36,502 bases of DNA from positions 1 to 36,502 of the IMG/VR virus record IMGVR_UViG_3300032280_001026; one strand, written 5' to 3'. Both the position numbers and the translations under genes were made by a program. Position 1 is the stretch's first letter, and every line of letters begins with the position of its first letter. Below are positions 10,420 through 18,276 of the stretch, piece by piece. Origin of the DNA: a virus (taxonomy: Duplodnaviria; Caudoviricetes). Under the pieces are notes generated by a model that was not told the origin of the DNA, did not search any database, and saw nothing but the letters and a program-made list of their open reading frames with translations.

Positions 10420-10515
10420 AAACAATTTTTACGTCATATATAATCTGAGTCAAGTCAAAGTCCTTTGTTAAGTTAAAGTTATGTCTTAAACACAATAACA
10501 ACAAAAGGATAAAAC

Positions 10516-12102
10516 ATGTCTACACGTACACAAATGAGACTCCAGCAACTAACTGGTTCTCTTTCTTCAGTTCAAACAGCAGTAGCTGCACTGGAAGCTA
10601 ATTCACTTCAAGGTGTTCTTGATCACGTCGCAAGCGGTATCAAGCGTATCCACGGTGGTGATGCATTCCATTCACAAAACGCAGGTGTTTTCTCACACCT
10701 CACTTCATCTTTCGAACACGACGTTAAAGTCGACGGAAGTCTTGAAGTTGATGTAGAAGCAAGACTCGCTTCAGCCAAGGTTGAAGATCTAACTGCTGGT
10801 CGAATCGTCTACGCCGCCGCTGGCGGTGAGCTAGTTGATAGTTCTGCCCTCGCTTTCGATGGAACTGATCTTATCGTAGGTTCAGCCAAAGTTTCAGACC
10901 TAACTGCAACACGCGTTGTTTATGTTGGTCTAGACGGAGCTCTCGTTGACAGCAGCGAGATGACCTTCGGTGCAGCCGGTCTCACCTTAGCCAAAGACCT
11001 ATCAGCTCGCAGCGGTTCATTCAGCGGTGATCTAACAGTTACAGGCGATTTCTTTGTTAACGGAGCCATGACTTACGTTAACACTGCCGATCTAAAAGTA
11101 ACTGATAAGAAAATCGTTATCGCTGACGGCGCTGCTGGTGCCAACCTCGATGGCGCTGGTATCTACCTCGGTTCAGATGCCAACGTTGACGAAAGCATTC
11201 GTTGGAACCATGCTGACACCAAGTGGATTGCTTCTGACAAGTTTGCTGCAGATACTCTGCAGGCACTTGACCTCAGCGAAGCTATCGTTTGGGCTGACGC
11301 CTCCGGTAACCTAGTAGAGATCACTGCTCAGCAGATGGCCGACGCCATGGAAGCTCGCCTTGCAGCCGGCACTGGTGTCTCAATCTCTGAAGCTGGTGCA
11401 GCAATCACCATCGCAATCGGTCAGCCTGTTGCTACAACTGATGCTGTAACTTTCGCAGTTGTCACCGGCAGCAACCTCACTGCAAACCGTTTGATGGCCT
11501 CAAACGGCGCTAAGGGAATGGTTTCAGCCGATCTAGCAGCTTGGGTTGCCGGCACTGCTAACCAGGTTGTTGTCACTGACGACCTCGATGGTAGCGTTAC
11601 TCTAAGCCTACCCCAGGACATCCACGCTGGTGCAAGCCCTGAGTTCCTTGCCTTGAACCTTGCTGCTTACGGCGACCTAGTTGCAGACGGCAGCAACCTC
11701 AAGATTGCTGCTGCTGCTGAGCTACTCCTCTCAGGTGCAGATGGTCAATACCAGTTTGCTGAAGCAGGCGATCGCGCAGCATTTGCTACTCGTTACGGTG
11801 CCTCAGAGACTGTTATCGGTGCAATCAACGCTCTTGGAAACGCTGCAGGTCTCACCAACAAGTTCTCCTTCGACGTAACTGGCGTTATTGCTGCAGACAC
11901 AGACGTAACCTTTACTGGTCTTGATGTTTCTGCACTCGGTAACACCGACGACAAGAAGAACAAGAGACTTGACGTTTACGTCAACGGTCAGCTTCTACGC
12001 CTCGGCGCATCTTACGACTACGTCTTCGGTACCGGTGTCAACCAGATTAAGTTCAAGTTTGCACTACAGGCCGACGATATCGCAACTGTCGTTGTTCGCT
12101 AA
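10516..12102 (+). CDS. Abundant fibre-like virion protein (tail/head fibre or whisker-like)
   Basis: Ala/Gly/Asp-rich with internal repeats SAKV.DLTA.R.VY....G.LVDSS...F; L.V.GD..VNG..T.VNT..L.V.DK.I fibre motif; C-terminal DVYVNGQLL...DY module; visibly higher GC and C-ending codons; strong terminator follows. Confidence 0.7.
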   Translation: MSTRTQMRLQQLTGSLSSVQTAVAALEANSLQGVLDHVASGIKRIHGGDAFHSQNAGVFSHLTSSFEHDVKVDGSLEVDVEARLASAKVEDLTAGRIVYAAAGGELVDSSALAFDGTDLIVGSAKVSDLTATRVVYVGLDGALVDSSEMTFGAAGLTLAKDLSARSGSFSGDLTVTGDFFVNGAMTYVNTADLKVTDKKIVIADGAAGANLDGAGIYLGSDANVDESIRWNHADTKWIASDKFAADTLQALDLSEAIVWADASGNLVEITAQQMADAMEARLAAGTGVSISEAGAAITIAIGQPVATTDAVTFAVVTGSNLTANRLMASNGAKGMVSADLAAWVAGTANQVVVTDDLDGSVTLSLPQDIHAGASPEFLALNLAAYGDLVADGSNLKIAAAAELLLSGADGQYQFAEAGDRAAFATRYGASETVIGAINALGNAAGLTNKFSFDVTGVIAADTDVTFTGLDVSALGNTDDKKNKRLDVYVNGQLLRLGASYDYVFGTGVNQIKFKFALQADDIATVVVR

Positions 12103-12107
12103 TCACT

Positions 12108-12165
12108 AAACTAGCCTAAGCTAGTTTCGCCCCTCACGGTTTTCCGTGAGGGGCGTTTGTTTTAT
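12108..12165 (+). terminator. Tandem hairpins / strong intrinsic terminator
   Basis: AAACTAGC-ctaa-GCTAGTTT (12108-12127) immediately followed by CGCCCCTCACGG-tttt-CCGTGAGGGGCG (12128-12155) and TTTGTTTT. Confidence 0.88.
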
Positions 12166-12210
12166 AAAGACAAGCTTTTTGTTATAATCAATTTGTAAAA
12201 GGAGTCAAGA

Positions 12211-12504
12211 ATGTCACTTGAAAACAAGTATAAAGACTATTTTAAAAAGAAAACAAATGATGAGCTTTATGAACTTTTAAACAAAGTCAAGTTCTTTATT
12301 GATATATCTTTGCAAGAGTCGATATCAGGAACACCAGATGAAAGAATTAAGCAGCTTTTTAATTCTTTTTTAAAGATTAGAGATACGTTAAGTTTTGAGT
12401 TAAATTTTGATTCTCATAGAAAAAATTTATTGAAGATGGAAGAAGATTTTAATAGATTTAAAGAGCTTAACGAAGATCAAGAAGGTAACTTAAAAAAAAA
12501 CTAA
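12211..12504 (+). CDS. Hypothetical protein
   Basis: 97-aa ORF, AAGGAG RBS, extended -10 TGTTATAAT at about 12180-12188. Confidence 0.65.
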   Translation: MSLENKYKDYFKKKTNDELYELLNKVKFFIDISLQESISGTPDERIKQLFNSFLKIRDTLSFELNFDSHRKNLLKMEEDFNRFKELNEDQEGNLKKN

Positions 12505-12560
12505 ATCCAGAGAAAAATTCGGAGAAAGACCAATAAACGTATTTAAAGAGAGAAATTATC

Positions 12561-12977
12561 GTGAAGATTAATCAAAATGTAAATCTTGGAAAATCTCTTG
12601 CTGGGATATCTGGTTCTATCAAATATCAACTTTTTGATACTAAAGGCGTTTCACAAGGGTCACCTACAAATTCAGGTGTTTATGAAATCGGTCTGAACAC
12701 GGGTTGTTATGGTGTTGAAGTTAATCTAAATAGTCAATTTAGCGGTTCAATTATTTGGTCATCTGATAGTCATCCAAGTGTTAGTGCTGTAGAAACAATT
12801 TCACTTGACAATAAACTAGTTAGACACATGACAGTAGGACGCTGGAAGATTTTTCCAAATACAAAAGAAATGGTTTTTTATGAAGAAGATGGTGCAACAG
12901 AAATATTTAGATTCTCTCTATTAGACAGAAATTCTTCACCTTCTTTTACAGAAGTTTTTGAAAGAGCGAGATCTTAA
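12561..12977 (+). CDS. Hypothetical protein, probably structural
   Basis: 138-aa beta-rich ORF; GRWKI....M.FY.EDG motif; abuts the next gene. Confidence 0.6.
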   Translation: MKINQNVNLGKSLAGISGSIKYQLFDTKGVSQGSPTNSGVYEIGLNTGCYGVEVNLNSQFSGSIIWSSDSHPSVSAVETISLDNKLVRHMTVGRWKIFPNTKEMVFYEEDGATEIFRFSLLDRNSSPSFTEVFERARS

Positions 12978-13424
12978 TTGCCTGCTTTTGGTGTCAATTC
13001 TCCTGTGCCTTTGATTATGCTAGGTTTAGGCCCAGCACCTCGTCTTATAACATCTGGTTTTTCTCCAGTTATTTTAAGAACAATTAGCGCAATTCGCGGC
13101 GGGCGAGCAGCTTATAAAAAATTAGTAAGTGAATATGAGCAGCAGTTTAAGATATCAGCCATGATTATTTCAACAAACGGAAAAGAGATAATCAATCCGA
13201 TTGTTAATAAAATAAGCAGAATATTCTTAGAGAACAATATAAATATTAGGAAGACATTTGCTAAAGATTTATACTGGAAAAAAGCCAAACGTCCATCCAT
13301 TCAAATAAGTGATCTTCAGATAGAACACAGAAAAATTGATAATCTTAAAGTTATGGCATCTCATAAATCTACAGAGACAAAAAAGATCAATTTTAAAATT
13401 TACGCAAAAAGGATAATCAAATAA
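12978..13424 (+). CDS. Hypothetical basic protein (start codon uncertain)
   Basis: ORF exactly fills the gap between neighbours (TAA-TTG and TAA-ATG junctions). Confidence 0.5.
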   Translation: MPAFGVNSPVPLIMLGLGPAPRLITSGFSPVILRTISAIRGGRAAYKKLVSEYEQQFKISAMIISTNGKEIINPIVNKISRIFLENNINIRKTFAKDLYWKKAKRPSIQISDLQIEHRKIDNLKVMASHKSTETKKINFKIYAKRIIK

Positions 13425-13931
13425 ATGTCAAACATTAATCTTCTTCTTGACGAAGAAAATGAGATAACATTTGCTCTAACTGTTGAAGGAACAACTAATT
13501 CGCCTGCCAAGTGCAGACTTTTAGTTGAGAAAGATAATATGACGCTAATGTTTGCTCCAAACTACTTTCAGGATGATGAAGTTTCTGTAACTATTCCTCC
13601 GCTTAAAAATATTTTTAAAGAAGGTATTTGCGATCTTAGACTTGAAGTTATTGTTGAAGACAAGTACTTTAACCCTCTTTCACTTAAGGGTTATTTAGAA
13701 AAAAGTGTCGAAGTTATTGCTGAGTCAAAAGTCGTTGCCAAGCCAAAACCACAAGCAACGGCATCAATTACTCAGATAAAAGTTAATAACAAAGATTCTT
13801 CAAAGGTAAAAAACGAGTCAAAAACTCCCGTTGTTCCTGTAAACAATGCTTCGCCTTTGCAAGATAAAAAGCAAAAAGTTTCTGACAGAGAAATTATGGA
13901 TTTGATTAAATCACTTGCAGCAGGAGATTGA
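13425..13931 (+). CDS. Hypothetical protein, Ig-like/beta-rich N-terminal domain, probably structural
   Basis: F...VEG......RL......L.F........V.IPPL......L.LEVI.ED.YF.P pattern recalled from large myovirus hypotheticals. Confidence 0.6.
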   Translation: MSNINLLLDEENEITFALTVEGTTNSPAKCRLLVEKDNMTLMFAPNYFQDDEVSVTIPPLKNIFKEGICDLRLEVIVEDKYFNPLSLKGYLEKSVEVIAESKVVAKPKPQATASITQIKVNNKDSSKVKNESKTPVVPVNNASPLQDKKQKVSDREIMDLIKSLAAGD

Positions 13932-14200
13932 TAATGGAAACTTTAATAATGATTTTATCTGAAAACAAATACAATATTTTTGTTTTTTCTTCAGTTTACA
14001 TATCTTTAAGTTTAATTTTTTGGAGTATGCAAGTAAATCTTAAGAAGACAACAGAGGCTCTCTTAAAAGCTATGTCCTCACCAAGAACTAAAAATCAACT
14101 CAAGGAAGAGCAAGACAATACACTAAAAACTGTTTTGTTTTCTCTCGCTTGGCCAATTTTAATAATCAAAAATTTAAAAGATGAGTTCTCCAAAAAGTAG
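13928..14200 (+). CDS. Small membrane protein
   Basis: Two hydrophobic segments (IFVFSSVYISLSLIFW; VLFSLAWPILII). Confidence 0.55.
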   Translation: MIMETLIMILSENKYNIFVFSSVYISLSLIFWSMQVNLKKTTEALLKAMSSPRTKNQLKEEQDNTLKTVLFSLAWPILIIKNLKDEFSKK

Positions 14201-14909
14201 TAAATCGCTACTTAGCGAATATAAATACCTTCTTGAAGAAAAGGATTCTGTTGATGATATTTATCAAAAAGGTTGTCTAGATTTAACTTTTTATCTTCAT
14301 GAATTAAAAGACAACCTGTCAGAAAACGTCACCGGGCAAGTTGAAAAATTTGAAAATCAATTTTTTAAAAAGCCACCTACAAATACACCTGACCAGGGTG
14401 TAAAAGATAAGGTGACAGAAGAAGTTGAAGATCAAACTTCAGAAAGTCAAACTGAGTTTAAAGAACAGTGGGCCAAAAAACTCTATCGAGAGATAGTTTT
14501 AGTTACTCATCCAGATAGAACGCAGTCAATAGGCATTCCAAAACTAATTTCAAAGCTTTTAAAGTTTTATAATATCGCTGTTGAAGCATATGAAAAAAAC
14601 AAGTTTGAAGATCTTTTGTTTGTAGGATATGAATTAGACTTTGATCTTCCAGACGACAAAGTGCAAACTTACATTGGACCTAAGCTTAAGACTATATCTG
14701 AAGAAATAAATCAAAAAAAGTCTTCTTTCCCATACTTGTGGGAAACTCTTGAAGAAGAAAAAAGATCAATAATATTAGAAAATTATCTCAAATCGATTGG
14801 TTATGTTTTTGATAAGAAGATCATCGAAGAGACAATTGAAAAAGTTAAACGCATAAAAAGAAAAGCAGGTACGCGGCCTGTAAATCACTTAAGGCATAGG
14901 CTATTATAG
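14181..14909 (+). CDS. Protein with an internal J-domain-like (HPD) segment
   Basis: AKKLYREIVLVTHPDR...FYNIAVEAYE matches helix II-HPD-helix III of DnaJ J-domains. Confidence 0.65.
   Translation: MSSPKSSKSLLSEYKYLLEEKDSVDDIYQKGCLDLTFYLHELKDNLSENVTGQVEKFENQFFKKPPTNTPDQGVKDKVTEEVEDQTSESQTEFKEQWAKKLYREIVLVTHPDRTQSIGIPKLISKLLKFYNIAVEAYEKNKFEDLLFVGYELDFDLPDDKVQTYIGPKLKTISEEINQKKSSFPYLWETLEEEKRSIILENYLKSIGYVFDKKIIEETIEKVKRIKRKAGTRPVNHLRHRLL
14879..14907 (+). promoter_or_regulatory. Promoter TGTAAA-N17-TATTAT embedded in the 3' end of the upstream gene, driving the nei-thyX operon
   Basis: TGTAAA 14879-14884, TATTAT 14902-14907. Confidence 0.45.
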
Positions 14910-14958
14910 CTTCACAAGGTGAAGTGAATTTATATTCTTCTCCTTGAAGGATATTAAA

Positions 14959-15786
14959 GTGCCTGAAGGTCCTGAGTGCGCAGCAACTGCACGATCACTA
15001 GATGAGTTTATGAGAGACAAAACCATTGTCAATATCGAAGTCTTATCGGGCAGATATTTAAAAAAGAGTCCAGAAGGATTAGATAAAGTTAAAAAACAAC
15101 TTCCACTTAAAGTTTGGAACTGGAAGTCTAAAGGTAAATTTATTTACGGATTCTTAGGTAAAGAAGCATCAGAAAAAACATTTATCTGGAATACTCTAGG
15201 AATGTCTGGCTATTGGTCCTTTACAGAAAAAGAGCATTCAAGAGTAAGATTTGATTTCGAAGACGGATCCTCGATCTGGTACACAGACACCAGAAATTTT
15301 GGAACACTTAAGTTTGGAATGACTTTTGCAGAGACAGAGAAAAAGCTCTTTGAGCTAGGGCCTGATCCCTTGACTCACGACATTCCAATTGAACTCTTCG
15401 AAAAGAGACTATTTAGTAAAAACAAAAAAGGCGAGAATACAATTTGTGAAGCATTAATGAATCAGAAAACTATCGCTGGTGTTGGAAACTACATCAAAGC
15501 AGAAGTTCTTTGGCTTTCAAAAGTTTCTCCTACACGAAGAGTTGAAGATCTTACACGTGAAGAGATTATCTCAATTAGAGATAATATTCAAACCGTAATT
15601 AGAACATCTTATCAGAATGGCGGCGCAACAATTAAAAGCTTTTATGGCGCTGATGGTTCAAAAGGAACTTACTCAAGCAGATTTTTGGTGTACAATCAAA
15701 AGGTTGATCCTTATAATAATAAAGTCATTAAGACAGATACCCCCGATGGAAGAACTACGCATTGGGTTCCAGAAGTTCAAAAATAG
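14959..15786 (+). CDS. nei: Fpg/Nei-family DNA glycosylase/AP lyase, zincless-finger type
   Basis: GTG 14959 gives the N-terminus (M)PEGPE; KGKFI, LGMSG, DTRNFG, LGPD, H2TH motif LMNQ..IAGVGNYIKAEVLW; C-terminal hairpin GRTTHWVPEVQ has no cysteines. Confidence 0.9.
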   Translation: MPEGPECAATARSLDEFMRDKTIVNIEVLSGRYLKKSPEGLDKVKKQLPLKVWNWKSKGKFIYGFLGKEASEKTFIWNTLGMSGYWSFTEKEHSRVRFDFEDGSSIWYTDTRNFGTLKFGMTFAETEKKLFELGPDPLTHDIPIELFEKRLFSKNKKGENTICEALMNQKTIAGVGNYIKAEVLWLSKVSPTRRVEDLTREEIISIRDNIQTVIRTSYQNGGATIKSFYGADGSKGTYSSRFLVYNQKVDPYNNKVIKTDTPDGRTTHWVPEVQK

Positions 15787-15794
15787 GAGTAAAT

Positions 15795-16007
15795 ATGAAA
15801 CTTACAGATTCAGTTATCGTTCATGTCGCAAAGCTACTTCAACTTTCTATGCTTACAGGCACAGACATTGTTGATCATATGAGAATGATTTCTCTTACAG
15901 AAAGAGAAGGATTTCTTTTCTTAGATGAAGATTACGAGAAAATGTCAGAGCAAAATATTATTAAAATGCTTAAAGAAGTCGAATCTATTCAATCAGCTGA
16001 GTTCTAA
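15795..16007 (+). CDS. Hypothetical 70-aa protein
   Basis: AGGAG RBS before ATG 15795; tightly packed within the operon. Confidence 0.7.
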   Translation: MKLTDSVIVHVAKLLQLSMLTGTDIVDHMRMISLTEREGFLFLDEDYEKMSEQNIIKMLKEVESIQSAEF

Positions 16008-16008
16008 T

Positions 16009-16386
16009 ATGAATTATGATCTCTCAAAAATGTTTATACTTAGGAATGAGTTTATCAGTCAGATGCGCAAGGATCGGCCCGGCTCTTATCCTACTCTACC
16101 CTTAGATCTCAAAACCAAAGAATCACAACAGTTTTGTAGAGATCTTGCACTTAGAGGCGTTGAAGAGATGTTCGAAGCTCTTCAACACCTTAAAAACTGG
16201 AAGCCTCACAGAATGACAGAATTTGCTGAGGCACCTGATAGAGAAGAGTTCTTAGAAGAAATAGTAGATGCTTTAAACTATTTTTTCTCTCTTTTAATTG
16301 CAGCCGGTTTTGATGAAAAAGATCTTTTTGAAGCTTACGAAAAGAAACATCAGATAATCATGAATAGGCTGAAGGAAGGTTACTAA
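16009..16386 (+). CDS. All-alpha dNTP pyrophosphatase (dimeric dUTPase / T4 gp56 dCTPase-like)
   Basis: EEMFEAL..KNWKPH...EEIVDALNYF...Y.KK......R...GY; ExxE...ExxD metal ligands intact; ATG 16009 directly after the upstream stop. Confidence 0.85.
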   Translation: MNYDLSKMFILRNEFISQMRKDRPGSYPTLPLDLKTKESQQFCRDLALRGVEEMFEALQHLKNWKPHRMTEFAEAPDREEFLEEIVDALNYFFSLLIAAGFDEKDLFEAYEKKHQIIMNRLKEGY

Positions 16387-17283
16387 GTGAACTTTAAAAG
16401 CATGATGGAGACACAAGCTGCTTATAACAATAAGAAGTTTGGATCAAATATCTCTAGCGAAGAAAAAAGAAACATTAGCAAAGATCTAGCACTAAACTCT
16501 TACAACTCTATCAATCGAATGATTGAGAAGATGAGATCATCTAATGATAAACCTCATGAAGATGATTTAATATTTTCATCTATCGATGTACTTAGATATG
16601 TGATGTCAATGCTCAACTTGTGGGGCGTTGATCCTGACGATGTCACAACTGCGTTTCTTGAAAAAGATGTTTATCTTGAAATTGAACATGAAGAAAATTC
16701 TAACACCTGGAAAGGACAAAAAGTCATCATTGTTGATATTGATGATGTGATTGCAGATTTCAGAAAGACATTTTCTACATTCTTGTTTCAAGATTATGGC
16801 TTAACAGCTGACGTAGAAAGCGAGCAATACTTTTTTGTTGACGAAATCTTATCAACAGGAAATTTAAATCCAGAAAAAGTTTTTGATACATTTATTCAAA
16901 AAAGACATTTCAGAAATATTCCGCTTATTTCTGGAGCTAAAGACTTTCTTTTAGAGATGAGGTCAAGAGGCTATTGGATTCATCTTTTAACAGCACGTCC
17001 TAAAGAAAATCTAAAAGTATTTTATGATACTTATTTCTGGCTCAAAGAGAACCAAATTCCTTTTGATCGAATTGACTTTACACCTGAAAAGTTTCGGTGG
17101 TGTATGTCTTCAGAATATTATGATTCTGATGCGATTGAATACGCAATTGACGACTCTCCTAAACATGCCTTGGAATACGCAAATCACAATATGAGTGTAA
17201 AAGTGCCACTTAAAAGCTATAATAAAAGTATCACAAGTTCAAATGTGACTTTTTATAACAGTTTAAAAGACTTACTAAAGTGA
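16387..17283 (+). CDS. Fusion of a degenerate dUTPase-like domain and a HAD 5'(3')-deoxyribonucleotidase (NT5C-like)
   Basis: C-terminal VDIDDVIADF (motif I), LLTARP (II), K (III), IDDSP (IV); the N-terminal ~100 aa aligns by eye to the upstream pyrophosphatase but lacks its Glu ligands. Confidence 0.8.
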   Translation: MNFKSMMETQAAYNNKKFGSNISSEEKRNISKDLALNSYNSINRMIEKMRSSNDKPHEDDLIFSSIDVLRYVMSMLNLWGVDPDDVTTAFLEKDVYLEIEHEENSNTWKGQKVIIVDIDDVIADFRKTFSTFLFQDYGLTADVESEQYFFVDEILSTGNLNPEKVFDTFIQKRHFRNIPLISGAKDFLLEMRSRGYWIHLLTARPKENLKVFYDTYFWLKENQIPFDRIDFTPEKFRWCMSSEYYDSDAIEYAIDDSPKHALEYANHNMSVKVPLKSYNKSITSSNVTFYNSLKDLLK

Positions 17284-17292
17284 GGAAATCTA

Positions 17293-18276
17293 ATGCCTAA
17301 AAATAGCAATCTTGTCCCTGTAACACTTCCTATGGAACTTAAGTTTGGTGCTGAACCAAAAACACTGTTTCAAAACAATCTAAGTGCTCTTCGTGTTGAA
17401 CTAGTTGATTATCCTACACGTGAACAGGCACTTAGTGTTGCATGGCAATATGTCAAAGCAACTTGGGCAGATCATAGTGATGAAACAAATCCTGCAGAAA
17501 CTCCATTACGAGAGCTTTCACAGAATCTAGAAGATGTCTTAAATTTTCGTGCGTTGCCTACTCCAATGGAATGCTTAGGTTACACTTTTAAACTAAGTGG
17601 TCTTTCGTTTCAAGAAGTAACGCATATTATTCGTCATCGAGCAGGTTCTTTTGCTGCACAATGTACAGGCGATCGCGATCTTCGAGATGATGACGCTGTT
17701 ATTCCTGAAGCAGTAGAAAACTCACCTGAGTTTCTTGAACGTTATATGCGCTTGGTTCGAGAATCAAAGCAGCTTTACGCTGACATGACTGACTCGAAGC
17801 AGGTATCAATGATGGATGCAAGAATGATTTTGCCTAAATGCATGACTTCTTTCTATCTTATGCGTCTTTCGCTTAAAGATCTACTCCAGTTTATTCAACA
17901 GCGTCAAGATCGACAGATTCAGCCTGCTGCTGACAATATTCTTGCTGCTTACATGGCGCGAGAGTTGATCAAGGTACTTCCAGAAGCTTCATCAGCAATT
18001 GATTTTAGCAAGCCTGATATGCATTATGTAAAGACTTTCCGCGTTAAGGTAGGTGATCAATTTACTTCACGAGGAACTAACCTTTATTGGCCAGAGCCAA
18101 AGAATGATATCTTTGAGTATCATCCAAACGACACAATCTATCAGGCACGTCGTGAAGAGATTAATGGTACATCAAACCCTGGAACATTAACAGTATTTGA
18201 TAATCTTTGGAATTCAGCAATGTCTGACATTGATTCTATGAAAAAAAGCTACAACAGATCTATGGGGAAAGTTTAA
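17293..18276 (+). CDS. thyX: ThyX-like flavin-dependent thymidylate synthase homologue with a variant signature
   Basis: TPME...YTF...G.S....H.IRHR..SF, DARMILP, L..FI..R; the RHRx7S signature reads RHRAGSFAAQC. Confidence 0.75.
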   Translation: MPKNSNLVPVTLPMELKFGAEPKTLFQNNLSALRVELVDYPTREQALSVAWQYVKATWADHSDETNPAETPLRELSQNLEDVLNFRALPTPMECLGYTFKLSGLSFQEVTHIIRHRAGSFAAQCTGDRDLRDDDAVIPEAVENSPEFLERYMRLVRESKQLYADMTDSKQVSMMDARMILPKCMTSFYLMRLSLKDLLQFIQQRQDRQIQPAADNILAAYMARELIKVLPEASSAIDFSKPDMHYVKTFRVKVGDQFTSRGTNLYWPEPKNDIFEYHPNDTIYQARREEINGTSNPGTLTVFDNLWNSAMSDIDSMKKSYNRSMGKV

